Positions 50,201 to 59,177 of a stretch of 64,000 bases of DNA are shown piece by piece. Under the pieces are notes generated by a model that worked only from the letters and a program-made list of their open reading frames with translations, had not been told where the DNA came from and did no database searches. Source of the stretch: Holophagales bacterium (GTDB lineage Bacteria; Acidobacteriota; Holophagae; Holophagales; Holophagaceae); assembly GCA_038324335.1 (NCBI GenBank), contig JBBQHW010000001.1, positions 24,887-88,886 on the forward strand. The letters are read 5' to 3'. Position 1 is the first letter of the stretch. The number at the start of each line of letters is the position of its first letter. The position numbers and the translations under genes were made by a program.

Positions 50201-50322
50201 CTTCCCGCGCCTATAAGGTGCTGGAGGAGATCGGCGCCAAGCCCGCCATCACCTACCTGGCCGACCTCAAGAACCCCCCGACGAACGGGACGTCCACCGA
50301 GGGGGGCCACCATGCATCCTGA
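47296..50322 (+). CDS. actB: Alternative complex III subunit B (molybdopterin-oxidoreductase-like plus Fe-S domains)
   Basis: Extended Tat leader SRRDFF..MGC; LYDPDR; CTGCSACVVAC, CQHC..APCE.VC, CVGTRYCANNC, MEKCSFC. Confidence 0.93.
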   Translation: MKTRLPDHGPLETPRFWRTLDERIETPAAQAAAQDEFLPGAGPNMGPSIYDDVHGLPPQSGFSRRDFFGLVGAAAAVAATMGCDRKGQGTVVPYTKRPVEVTPGVANYYASATHEGRRVYPVLVKTREGRPIHLTGNDEHPGVKGKTSPRTIADVLRLYDPDRLRAPKAGGRTLGWAEAEAQLQAALKTAKGAGKPVLLITGALVSPSRKALLADLKTALPTLEHLAYEPAAGDAAEEAAKASFGQAVDIQLRLVKAKVILSLGADFLNGDDPEALGAWGAQRRLKNAKEEINRLWVLEGPLTLTGTNADVRVPVSPSRLGALAYALAKELAAKGVALPAGTDLSSISAGAPVELGANTMHWSTLIKDLQRAGRNAVVLCGAQMPAEAHQATHLLNAMLGSEAVALRAAEPLATVRDLIAAAKGMAEGRYAAVFFWDVNPAYTFPGTAAWKEAVAKVPFRAWIGQVEDETAVQCQLLLPENHWLESWGDYATAGASVLQQPTIGTLYDTRQGEDILLGALKALGASAPESYHAYLEARWQKSLPLATTFAQALHDGLVKTEDKASAPTFKGASVAAAAKKAAAAKAAGFELVLFPGFATHDGRHANNSWLQETPDPITKMTWDNPVSVSVQEAKALGLQEGDFVNLSLDGITLRLPAVIQPGQAQGVLTLALGYGRTTGGVARGVGANAFPFLGFDPATANVRAGAQLAKAGGQKRLSRTQSHHRMEGRDIVRSLTMEEFAHDPQGHHHQAEIVSLYEEQKFPDHKWGMVIDLAACTGCSACVVACQSENNVPVVGPEQVERGREMHWIRIDRYYEGELENPKVVHQPMLCQHCDSAPCENVCPVSATNHSNEGLNQMAYNRCVGTRYCANNCPYKVRRFNFLEYTAYKIEPETLVNNPEVTVRPRGVMEKCSFCVQRINDVKIRAKGDGRAILDGEITTACMAGCPADAIVFGDLKDPKSKVAQLVAASRAYKVLEEIGAKPAITYLADLKNPPTNGTSTEGGHHAS

Positions 50323-51712
50323 GGCCGCCATCCCAACCAACGCCATCCCGGAAGGCCTGCTCGAGCCAGCGCTCTACGTGGGCAAGGTCACGCCCGGCGG
50401 TCTCGACGACCAGGTGCTCGCTTTCCCCGAGACCCGGCCGCCCAAGCAGTGGTACTTCGCCCTGGCCATCACGCTGACCGCGGCCCTCATCGGCGTTGGT
50501 TGTATCGGCTACACCTTCTACCTGGGCATCGGCGCCTGGGGCAACACCAGCCCCGTCTTCTGGGCCTTCGACATCATCAACTTCGTGTTCTGGGTGGGCA
50601 TCGGCCACGCCGGGACGCTCATTTCGGCCATCCTCTTCCTCTTCCGCAAGCGCTGGCGGAATGCCATCGCCCGCTTCGCCGAGGCCATGACCATCTTCGC
50701 CGTCATCTGTGCCGTGATCTTCCCACTCATCCACGTGGGCCGGCCCTGGCTGGCCTACTGGCTCTTCCCCTACCCGAACCAGCGGGCCCTGTGGACCAAC
50801 TTCCGCTCGCCGCTGCTGTGGGACGTCTTCGCGGTGAACACCTACTTCTCCGTGTCCCTGATGTTCTGGTACCTGGGCCTCATTCCCGACATCGCCTCCA
50901 TGCGGGACCGGACCACCAGCAAGCTGCGGAAGCTCCTCTACACGGCCCTGGCCCTGGGCTGGCGCGGGGCCGCCACCCACTGGCAGCACTATGAGAAGGC
51001 CTACCTGCTGCTGGCGGGCCTGGCCACGGGCCTGGTGCTGTCCGTGCATTCGGTGGTGAGCTTCGACTTCGCCACCTCGGTCGTTCCCGGCTGGCACATG
51101 ACCATCTTCCCGCCCTACTTCGTGGCGGGCGCCATCTTCGCCGGCTTCGCCATGGTGGTGATCGTGCTGGTGGTGGTGCGCGAGACCATGGAACTGAAGA
51201 ACCTCATCACGGACCGGCATCTGGACGTGATGAACAAGGTCATCCTTGCCATGAGCTGCATCATGGGCTACAGCTACATGATGGAGGGCTTCACGGCCTG
51301 GTATTCCATGAACGAGTACCTCCACCGCGGCTTCATGAACATCATCACGGGCACCTATGGCTGGGCCGGCTGCATCACCATCAGCTGCAACATCCTCATC
51401 CCCCAAATCCTGTGGTTCAAGAAGGCCCGCACCAGCTACTTCTGGATGATCCTCGTGGCCATCGGCGTCACCATCGGCATGTGGTTCGAGCGCTTCGTGA
51501 TCATCGTGATCTCCCTGCATCAGGACTACCTGCCCTCGGCCTGGCGCATCTATCGGCCCACCCTCGTGGACTTCGGCATCCTGCTGGGCACCTTCGGGAT
51601 CTTCTTCACCCTGGTCCTGCTCTTCGCCCGGGTGCTGCCCGTGATCGCCACCACCGAAGTGAAGGCGATCCTGCCCGACGCCCAGCCCACCCATGGAGGC
51701 AGCCATGAGTGA
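50312..51712 (+). CDS. actC: Alternative complex III NrfD-like membrane subunit C
   Basis: INFVFWVGIGHAGTLISA, HVGRPW, NFRSPLLWD, SVHSVVS.DFA, MWFERF. Confidence 0.93.
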   Translation: MHPEAAIPTNAIPEGLLEPALYVGKVTPGGLDDQVLAFPETRPPKQWYFALAITLTAALIGVGCIGYTFYLGIGAWGNTSPVFWAFDIINFVFWVGIGHAGTLISAILFLFRKRWRNAIARFAEAMTIFAVICAVIFPLIHVGRPWLAYWLFPYPNQRALWTNFRSPLLWDVFAVNTYFSVSLMFWYLGLIPDIASMRDRTTSKLRKLLYTALALGWRGAATHWQHYEKAYLLLAGLATGLVLSVHSVVSFDFATSVVPGWHMTIFPPYFVAGAIFAGFAMVVIVLVVVRETMELKNLITDRHLDVMNKVILAMSCIMGYSYMMEGFTAWYSMNEYLHRGFMNIITGTYGWAGCITISCNILIPQILWFKKARTSYFWMILVAIGVTIGMWFERFVIIVISLHQDYLPSAWRIYRPTLVDFGILLGTFGIFFTLVLLFARVLPVIATTEVKAILPDAQPTHGGSHE

Positions 51713-52847
51713 TAAGGCCTACGCCGTCCTCGGCATTTTCGACACTCCGAACGCCCTCATGCAAGCCATCCCCAAGGCCCGCGCTGCCAAGCTCGGCACC
51801 GTGGAAGCCTACACGCCCTACCCCATCCATGGCATCGATGAGGCCCTGGGGCTGCGGAAGTCACCCCTGGGCGGCATGGTGCTGGTCATGGGCGTCCTGG
51901 GGGCGCTCGTCACCCTGGGCGGCCAGTACTGGATCAGCGCCATCGACTACCCGATCATCACCGGCGGCAAGTCGGCCGGCTCCTGGGAAGCCTTCATCCC
52001 CATCATGTTCGAGGTGACGGTGCTCTTCGCCACCTTCACGGCCGGGCTCGGAATGCTGTTCCTGCTGAACAAGCTGCCCTTCTTCGGACACCCGGTGCTC
52101 TCCTCGAAGGCCATCACCGGCATCACCCGGGATCGCTACGCCCTGGCCTTGGAAGCCGAAGACGAGTCCTTCGACAGCGCCGCCGCCGCCCAGGTCCTCC
52201 GGGAGGCCGGCGCCCTGGAAGTGGAGGTTCTCCCCGCCCCGGACCGCAGTCCCTTCCTCACCAGTGCTTTCATCCTGCGCACTCTCGGCGGCATCTTCAC
52301 GGCCTGCCTGGTTTCCGGCCTCGCCATGTTCTTCCTCACCAAGTGGTTCCCCCTGCTGGCCCCCATGAAGCACATGCAGGACCAGCCACGCCTCAATGCC
52401 CAGAAGGGCTCCACCTTCTTCAAGGACGGCCATGGCATGCAGCTGCCCGTGGCCGGCACCGTGGCCCGGGGCTACCTGCCCACGGCCACCGGCACCCAGG
52501 AGGCCGCGGCCACGCTGGTGAACCCTCTCCCCCGCACCAAGGAGGTCTTCGCCCTTGGGCGCAAGGCCTATGCGAATCGCTGCGAGGTCTGCCATGGCGC
52601 CATCGGCAACGGCATGGGCAGCCTCACGGCCGCCTATGGCGGCAAGGCTGCCAACCTGCAGGCCCAGCAGTTCCGGGACTACCCGGACGGCAAGATCTAC
52701 TGGGTCCTCGTGAACGGGAAGAACAACATGCCCTCCCATGCTCCGTATCTCACGGTGGACGAGCGCTGGGCCGTGGTGCACTACGTGCGTGCCCTCCAGC
52801 GTGCCCAGAACGCCAAGGACGAGGATCTCAAGGTGGTGGTCCGATGA
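51705..52847 (+). CDS. Fused ActD (DUF3341) - ActE (monoheme cytochrome c)
   Basis: EAYTPYPIHG, GGK, FEVTVLF; then M.DQPR, PVAGTVARG, CEVCH, ERWAVVHYVRALQ. Confidence 0.88.
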   Translation: MSDKAYAVLGIFDTPNALMQAIPKARAAKLGTVEAYTPYPIHGIDEALGLRKSPLGGMVLVMGVLGALVTLGGQYWISAIDYPIITGGKSAGSWEAFIPIMFEVTVLFATFTAGLGMLFLLNKLPFFGHPVLSSKAITGITRDRYALALEAEDESFDSAAAAQVLREAGALEVEVLPAPDRSPFLTSAFILRTLGGIFTACLVSGLAMFFLTKWFPLLAPMKHMQDQPRLNAQKGSTFFKDGHGMQLPVAGTVARGYLPTATGTQEAAATLVNPLPRTKEVFALGRKAYANRCEVCHGAIGNGMGSLTAAYGGKAANLQAQQFRDYPDGKIYWVLVNGKNNMPSHAPYLTVDERWAVVHYVRALQRAQNAKDEDLKVVVR

Positions 52848-53989
52848 GTTCGAACAAGCACGCCTCCACCCTGCTCTGGGGCGCCACGGGCATAGGAGCC
52901 CTGGGCGTCCTGGGCACTTATGCCGCCGCGGGCCATGAGCGATTTTGGGCCAACTGGGTGCTCTGGTTTGTCCTCATGTTCACCCTGGGCCTCGGCGCCC
53001 TCTTCATCGTGGCCCTGGAACACCTGGTCAGCGCCCGTTGGAGCGTACCCATCCGCCGCATCCCCGAGCGCGTCGCCACCCTGCTGCTCCCCGCCATTCC
53101 CGTGGGCCTCATCGCGCTCTTCGCCCTGCCCGTGCTCTATCCAGGCACCCGCCCCGAGGCGGCCCAGAATCACATCCTCGCGGGCAAGGCCTTCTGGCTC
53201 AGCGTGCCCTTCTTCTCAGTCCGCACACTCATCGCATTCGGCCTCTGCCTGCTGGGCCTGGCCGTACTGGTGGGCGGCTCCCTGAAGCAGGACACCACGA
53301 AGGATCCCTCCTTCAACTTCCGCGCACGCAAGTTCGCCCCGGCTTTCATGGCCATCTTTGCGTTAGTGGTCACCATGGTCGCCTTCGACTGGATCTCGGG
53401 ACTGACCCCCGAGTGGTACAGCGACATTCTGGGCGTCTACGTCTTCGCTGGTGCCTTCCTCGGCGGCCTCGCCGCCACCACGCTGGCCGTCCTCTACCTT
53501 CAGAACCAGGACCGCCTGCAGGGCGTGCAGGGGGATCACCTGTACAACCTGGGCGCCTTCCTCTTCGCCTTCACGGTGTTCTGGTCCTACATCGGCTTCG
53601 CCCAGTACATGCTGATGTGGTATGCGAACTTCCCCGATGAGGTCATCTACTACAAAGTGCGCCTCACCGGCTCCTGGCGCGTCATCACCATCGCCCTGGC
53701 CTCCCTGCACTTCATCCTGCCCTTCTTCGCCCTGGTGACCCGGGCGGCGAAAAAGGATCCGAAGCGCCTCCGGCGCGTGGCCTATCTGATGCTCTTCGCC
53801 CACGTGCTGGACATGTACTGGCTCATCTTCCCCATTCTCGGCAAGCCGCTCTTCTCCTGGCCCGAGCTCAGCTTCGCCCTCTTCTTCCTGGGCGGGATCC
53901 TCCTCTGGCTGCGTGGCGCCATGGAAAAGGGCGAGGACATGCCCGTGGGTGATCCCTTTCTCCGCGAGGGACTGGAGTTCCGCCTATGA
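52844..53989 (+). CDS. actF: Alternative complex III membrane subunit F
   Basis: Multi-TM; WSVPIRRIPE, FDW...PEWYS, FWSYIGFAQYMLMWYAN.PDE. Confidence 0.88.
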   Translation: MSSNKHASTLLWGATGIGALGVLGTYAAAGHERFWANWVLWFVLMFTLGLGALFIVALEHLVSARWSVPIRRIPERVATLLLPAIPVGLIALFALPVLYPGTRPEAAQNHILAGKAFWLSVPFFSVRTLIAFGLCLLGLAVLVGGSLKQDTTKDPSFNFRARKFAPAFMAIFALVVTMVAFDWISGLTPEWYSDILGVYVFAGAFLGGLAATTLAVLYLQNQDRLQGVQGDHLYNLGAFLFAFTVFWSYIGFAQYMLMWYANFPDEVIYYKVRLTGSWRVITIALASLHFILPFFALVTRAAKKDPKRLRRVAYLMLFAHVLDMYWLIFPILGKPLFSWPELSFALFFLGGILLWLRGAMEKGEDMPVGDPFLREGLEFRL

Positions 53990-54687
53990 AGCTCAGCGAG
54001 TACCTCTCCCACGAAGAACTTATGCGCCTGGCTTCGGCCCTGCTGGTGGTCATCGGCTTCATCGCCATCGCGGCCTTCTTCGGCTTCACCGTGGTGCCCG
54101 GCCTGCGCTACCAGGCCCACACCCTGCCCGACACGCCGGTCCAGGCCGTGCAGGGTGAGACCGGCTGGCTGGATCCCACGGACTACCCTGCCATGGCCCG
54201 GGAGGTGATCCCGCCCATCGATCCCGCCACCGTGATGACGCCCAATCCGGCCTTGATGGCGCGCGGCCAGGCCGTCTACGCCCAGACCTGCGCCACCTGC
54301 CACGGCGGCCAGGGCAAGGGGGACGGCCCCGGCGGCGCGGGCCTGAATCCCAAACCCAGGAATTTCACCGAGAAGGCCGCCTGGAAGAACGGCACCCGTC
54401 TCGAAGACATCTACAAGACCCTAGATGAAGGCATCAAGGGCAGCTCGATGGTGTCCTACAACTACCTCACCAAGAAGGACCGCATGGCCCTGGCCCACGT
54501 GGTGCAGTCCCTGGGCACCTTCGACCACGGCGTCAACGATCCCAAGGCCATGGCCGCCCTGTAGAAGCTCTTCGCCAGCGCCGGGGAAGTCGTTCCCAAC
54601 CGCATCCCCGTGGCCCGGGCCGTGGATGCCCTCTGTCGCGAATACGCCGAAGCCCACCCCCAGGCTTCCACTTCCATCGGCCGCTGA
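53986..54687 (+). CDS. Membrane-anchored monoheme cytochrome c, interrupted by in-frame TAG at 54562-54564
   Basis: TM, CATCH, PKPRNF; the frame continues 40 sense codons after TAG to TGA 54685-54687, 4 nt before the SCO ATG. Confidence 0.75.
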
Positions 54688-54691
54688 TGCC

Positions 54692-55504
54692 ATGACGAGA
54701 CCTCTGATTCGCCGTCTTTTCCTTTCCCTCACCCTCACGGCCGCAGCCGTGAGTGCCGGGGTGGTCATGGCCCAGCCCTCGCCACCCGCCGTCGCTCCCG
54801 GCGAGGTTGGCATCGACGAGAAGCTCGGTGCCACCATCCCCCTCGACCTGGTGTTGAAGGGCGAGGACGGCCAGCCCGTCACCCTCCGCCAGCTCATCGA
54901 CAAGCCCACGATCCTCACCCTCAACTACTTCCGCTGTGCCGGCATCTGCACCCCACAACTGGGCGGGGTGGCCGAGGTGCTGAATCGCACCCAGGCCATT
55001 CCCGGCCAGGACCTGCAGGTCATCACCGTGAGCTTTGACGAGCGGGACGAGCCCGAAGTGGCGGCCCAGAAGCGCACCAACTACCTCGCCGAGATCACCC
55101 GTCCCTTCCCGCCCGCCGCCTGGCGCTTCCTCACGGGGCCCGGCGCCACCACCAAGGCCCTGGCGGATGCCGTGGGCTTCAAGTTCAAGCGGGACCGGGA
55201 TGATTTCATCCACGCCGCGGCCATCATCTTCATCAGCCCCAAGGGTCGGATCACCCGCTACATGTACGGCGTCAGCTACCTGCCCGCGGACGTGCAACTG
55301 GCGGCCCAGGAGGCGGGCCGCGGCGAGGCCCAGCCCACCATCAATAAGTTCCTGAAGTTCTGTTTCAGCTATGACCCCGCGGGCCGCAAGTACGTCCTGA
55401 ATACCACGACCATCGGCGCCATCGTCATCATCCTGGCGGCCCTGATCTTCGTGTTCGCCCTGACCCGCCGGGGCCGCAAGACCAAGTCCGAGGAGCGCCC
55501 ATGA
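54692..55504 (+). CDS. SCO1/SenC family copper chaperone
   Basis: Signal peptide, YFRCAGIC (CxxxC), FIHAA, C-terminal TM. Confidence 0.9.
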   Translation: MTRPLIRRLFLSLTLTAAAVSAGVVMAQPSPPAVAPGEVGIDEKLGATIPLDLVLKGEDGQPVTLRQLIDKPTILTLNYFRCAGICTPQLGGVAEVLNRTQAIPGQDLQVITVSFDERDEPEVAAQKRTNYLAEITRPFPPAAWRFLTGPGATTKALADAVGFKFKRDRDDFIHAAAIIFISPKGRITRYMYGVSYLPADVQLAAQEAGRGEAQPTINKFLKFCFSYDPAGRKYVLNTTTIGAIVIILAALIFVFALTRRGRKTKSEERP

Positions 55505-57120
55505 GCCCACACGTCGCCACACAGCCCAGCTATCTCGTGGACACCGGAACGCGCAAGGGCCTGCTGGCCTGGCTGACCACCACGGACCACAAGCGCATCG
55601 GCTTGATGTACCTCTACGCAATGGTCACGTTTTTCCTGATCGCCATGGGCATCGGCTTCATCATGCGCCTGGTGCAGCTGACCACCTTCCAGAAGCTCAT
55701 CTCGGCCCAGACCTACAACGCCATGTTCACGGTTCATGGCGTGATCATGATCTTCCTGTTCGTGATCCCCGGCCTGTCGGCGGTGTTCGGCAACTTCTTC
55801 CTGCCGATCCTCATCGGCGCCAAGGATGTATCCTTCCCGCGGCTGAACCTGGCCTCCTGGTACTTCTTCATGGCCGGTGCCATCCTGGCGGTGCTTTCGC
55901 TCTTCACGGGCGGAGGCGCGCCGGATACAGGCTGGTCCTTCTATGCCCCCTTCAGCTTGAAGACCGGCACCAACGTGAGCCTGGCGGTCTTCGCGGCCTT
56001 CGTGCTGGGCTTCTCCTCCATGCTCACCGGCATCAACTTCATCACCACCATCCACCGCCTGCGGGCACCGGGCATGCACTGGTTCCGGATGCCCCTCTTC
56101 TGCTGGGCCGTCTACTCCACCGCTTGGATCCAGATCCTGGCCACGCCCATCATCGCCATCACCCTGGTCATGGTGATCCTCGAGCGCTTCTTCGGCATCG
56201 GCATCTTCGATCCGGCCAAGGGTGGCGACCCGCTGCTCTACCAGCACATGTTCTGGATCTATTCGCACCCGGCGGTCTACATCATGATTCTGCCGGCCAT
56301 GGGCGCGGTCACGGAGATCATTCCCACCTTCGCCAAGCGTACCATCTTCGGGTACAAGGCCATCGCTTTCAGCTCCATCGCCATCGCCGGCGTGGGCAGC
56401 CTGGTGTGGGCCCACCACATGTTTACCTCCGGCATGAGTGCCACAGGCAACCTGGTGTTCTCGTTGCTGACGATGATCGTGGCCGTACCCAGCGCCATCA
56501 AGGTCTTCAACTGGGTGGGCACCCTCTACAAGGGCAGCATCGATTTTCAGCCACCCCTCCTTTTTGCGCTGACCTTCATCTTCCTCTTCAGCATCGGGGG
56601 CCTCACGGGCGTCATGCAGGGAGCCCTGGCGGTCAACGTGCATGTCCATGACACCTATTTCATCGTGGGCCACTTCCACTACGTGATGTTCGGCGGCACC
56701 GGCATGGGCTTTTTTGCGGCCTTGCTCTATTGGTTCCCGAAAATGTGGGGAAAGATGTATTCCAAGAAGGCCATCTATGCCTCCTGGTTCCCCATGTTCA
56801 TCGGCTTCAACATGCTGTATTTCGGCATGCTGATCCTCGGCCTCATGGGTATGCCCCGCCGCTACTACGTCCACCTGCCCCAGTTCCACACCATGCACGT
56901 GGTGGCCACCGTGGGCAGCTGGTTCCTCGTGCTGGGCCTACTCATGTTCTTCGGGACGCTGCTCTACGCGATTCTCAAGGGCGAGAAGGCCGAGGACAAC
57001 CCCTGGGGCGGCGTCACCCTGGAATGGACCATCCCCAGCCCACCCCCGCTGGAGAATTTCGAAGAGATCCCCATCATCACCCACGGGCCCTATGAATTCG
57101 AGCAGGAGGGCAGGTCATGA
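55501..57120 (+). CDS. ctaD: Heme-copper cytochrome c oxidase subunit I (A2 type)
   Basis: TDHKRIG, HGVIMIF, FWIYSHPAVY, WAHHMF, HFHY, GMPRRY. Confidence 0.96.
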   Translation: MSPHVATQPSYLVDTGTRKGLLAWLTTTDHKRIGLMYLYAMVTFFLIAMGIGFIMRLVQLTTFQKLISAQTYNAMFTVHGVIMIFLFVIPGLSAVFGNFFLPILIGAKDVSFPRLNLASWYFFMAGAILAVLSLFTGGGAPDTGWSFYAPFSLKTGTNVSLAVFAAFVLGFSSMLTGINFITTIHRLRAPGMHWFRMPLFCWAVYSTAWIQILATPIIAITLVMVILERFFGIGIFDPAKGGDPLLYQHMFWIYSHPAVYIMILPAMGAVTEIIPTFAKRTIFGYKAIAFSSIAIAGVGSLVWAHHMFTSGMSATGNLVFSLLTMIVAVPSAIKVFNWVGTLYKGSIDFQPPLLFALTFIFLFSIGGLTGVMQGALAVNVHVHDTYFIVGHFHYVMFGGTGMGFFAALLYWFPKMWGKMYSKKAIYASWFPMFIGFNMLYFGMLILGLMGMPRRYYVHLPQFHTMHVVATVGSWFLVLGLLMFFGTLLYAILKGEKAEDNPWGGVTLEWTIPSPPPLENFEEIPIITHGPYEFEQEGRS

Positions 57121-57719
57121 CGGGGCATGTGCACCGCGACGACTACGGCGCGCGCCTGGGCATGTGGCTGTTCCTGGTCACCGAAATGGTCCTCTTCGGC
57201 GGCCTCTTCATCGCCTACTCCTACATGCGGTACCGCTATCCGGCGGAGTTTCACCATGGCGGCTCGGAACTGAACGTCACCCTCGGCGTGACCAACACGC
57301 TGGTGCTGCTCACCAGCAGCCTCACGGTGGTGCTAGCCATCGTGGCGGTCCAGCGGGCCGAGAAGCGGCGGGCCCTGGCCTTCCTGGGCACCACCCTGGG
57401 GCTGGGCCTCACCTTCCTGGTCATCAAGTCCTTCGAGTGGGCCGCCAAGTTCCACCACGGCCTCTATCCGAATTCCCCGCACCTGGCCACGCTGCCTCCG
57501 GGGGAACAGGTCTTCTTCGGGCTCTACTTCACCATGACCGGCCTGCATGGGGTGCACGTCATCGTGGGCCTCGGGGTGCTGAGCGTCATGCTCTGGTGGG
57601 TGGCCACGGATCGCGTCCGCCAGGACCGCTACATCCACCTGGAAAACAGCGGCCTCTATTGGCACCTGGTGGATGTGATCTGGATCTTCCTTCTCCCGCT
57701 GTTCTACCTTGCTGCGTAA
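57117..57719 (+). CDS. ctaE: Cytochrome c oxidase subunit III
   Basis: GMWLFLVTE, NTLVLLTSS, TGLHGVHV, YWHLVD. Confidence 0.93.
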   Translation: MTGHVHRDDYGARLGMWLFLVTEMVLFGGLFIAYSYMRYRYPAEFHHGGSELNVTLGVTNTLVLLTSSLTVVLAIVAVQRAEKRRALAFLGTTLGLGLTFLVIKSFEWAAKFHHGLYPNSPHLATLPPGEQVFFGLYFTMTGLHGVHVIVGLGVLSVMLWWVATDRVRQDRYIHLENSGLYWHLVDVIWIFLLPLFYLAA

Positions 57720-57723
57720 GGGT

Positions 57724-58056
57724 ATGGCCATGAGCGACCACGCCGAACCCATCGATCTTTCCTCCGACGGACATGCCTCCGCCGAACACGCCGAGCATCC
57801 CGGCTACGGTACCTTCATCAAGGTGTGGGTGCTGCTGCTGATCCTCACCGGCTGCCTGGTGGGCGTCAGCCACCTGGGCCAGACCGCCGCCGTGTGGGGA
57901 CTACTCACCCTGACCCCCCTCAAGGCGGGCCTGGTGTTCTACTTCTTCATGCACCTGAAGTACGAGGGCCCCCTGTTCAAGGTCGTCGTCCTGGTGACTC
58001 TGGGCACCTTGTTGATCTTCTTCGCCCTGCTCTTCTCCGACGTTGCTTTCCATTGA
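57724..58056 (+). CDS. Cytochrome c oxidase subunit IV (caa3-type)
   Basis: Three TMs, KAGLV..FFMHLKYE. Confidence 0.87.
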   Translation: MAMSDHAEPIDLSSDGHASAEHAEHPGYGTFIKVWVLLLILTGCLVGVSHLGQTAAVWGLLTLTPLKAGLVFYFFMHLKYEGPLFKVVVLVTLGTLLIFFALLFSDVAFH

Positions 58057-58063
58057 GGCTCCC

Positions 58064-59020
58064 ATGGACTGGATGAACCAAGCCGCCCTTTCGGCCCAGA
58101 AGTCCGATGCGGTCTTCTTCTACGTGTTCGGGCTCTCGGTGGCCTTCCTGGTCTTCATCACCGCGCTGATGATCTATTTCGTCTTCCGCTACAGCAAGAA
58201 GCGCCACCCGGTGGCCGAGCAGATCGAGGGCCACCTGGGCCTGGAGATCGTCTGGACCACCATCCCCCTGGTGCTCTTCCTGTCGATCTTCTACTACGGC
58301 TGGACCAACTACGAGTACATGAGTCAGGCCCCGCGCGATTCCATGGCCATCAAGGTCACGGCCCGGCAGTGGAGCTGGTCATTCGAATATCCCAACGGCA
58401 AGCGGACCAAGGTGCTCTTCGCTCCCATCGGCAAGCCCATGAAGGTGGAGGTCCGCAGCGCCGACATGGTGCATGGCTTCTACGTGCCCTCCTTCCGCCT
58501 CAAGATCGACGTCGTGCCCGCCCGCACCAACACCACCTGGTTCCAGGCCACCAAGCTGGGCTCCTTCGACATCGAATGCACGGTCATCTGCGGCGTGGAC
58601 CACAGCCTCATGCTGAGCAAGGTCATCGTGGTGCCCGAGGAGGAATTCAAGGCCTGGTACTTCGGCCCCGAGGAGGCGCCGGAGCCCGGCAAGGGCCTCC
58701 GCGCCAGCGAGGCCCATCCCGACCTCAAGGACCTGCCCCCGGGCCTGGCCGTGCTCACAGCCAAGGGCTGCCTGGCCTGCCACTCCGTGGACGGCAAACC
58801 CAAGGTTGGCCCCACCCTCAAGGCCCTCTATGGCCGGGAGCAGGAAGTGCTCGTCTCCGGCAACTACAAGACCATCACGGTGGACGACGCCTACCTGCGC
58901 CGGTCCATCACCAACCCCATGGACCAGGTGGTCCGCGGCTATCCGCCCTCCATGCCCCCGACCCCGCTCACGGAGCAGGAACTCAACGCAGTCGTGGGCT
59001 ACATCAAGACCTTGAACTAA
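58064..59020 (+). CDS. ctaC: Cytochrome c oxidase subunit II with fused cytochrome c
   Basis: LEIVWT, QWSW.FEY, DMVHGF, CTVICGVDHSLM (CuA), CLACH. Confidence 0.93.
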   Translation: MDWMNQAALSAQKSDAVFFYVFGLSVAFLVFITALMIYFVFRYSKKRHPVAEQIEGHLGLEIVWTTIPLVLFLSIFYYGWTNYEYMSQAPRDSMAIKVTARQWSWSFEYPNGKRTKVLFAPIGKPMKVEVRSADMVHGFYVPSFRLKIDVVPARTNTTWFQATKLGSFDIECTVICGVDHSLMLSKVIVVPEEEFKAWYFGPEEAPEPGKGLRASEAHPDLKDLPPGLAVLTAKGCLACHSVDGKPKVGPTLKALYGREQEVLVSGNYKTITVDDAYLRRSITNPMDQVVRGYPPSMPPTPLTEQELNAVVGYIKTLN

Positions 59021-59022
59021 AG

Positions 59023-59135
59023 GCGGAACACAGAGGACACAGAAAACCCACAGAGGACACAGAGAACTTAAAAATGAATCACTTTGCTTGCCCTCTGTGC
59101 ACCTCTGCGAGAACTCTGTGTCCTCTGTGTTCCGC
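59023..59135. repeat. Palindromic intergenic element (CACAGAG family)
   Basis: Perfect 21-bp IR GCGGAACACAGAGGACACAGA / TCTGTGTCCTCTGTGTTCCGC with internal CACAGAG/CTCTGTG copies. Confidence 0.9.
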
Positions 59136-59177
59136 TTCTAAAATCCACAATTCCATTACTACCCCGAGGGAGAACCC

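Noticed and set aside
54562-54564. Genome-wide TAG recoding or pyrrolysine
   Set aside because: TAG terminates many intact genes here (hppD, murB, ftsA, ftsZ, glgB, actA) and no pyl genes are in the window
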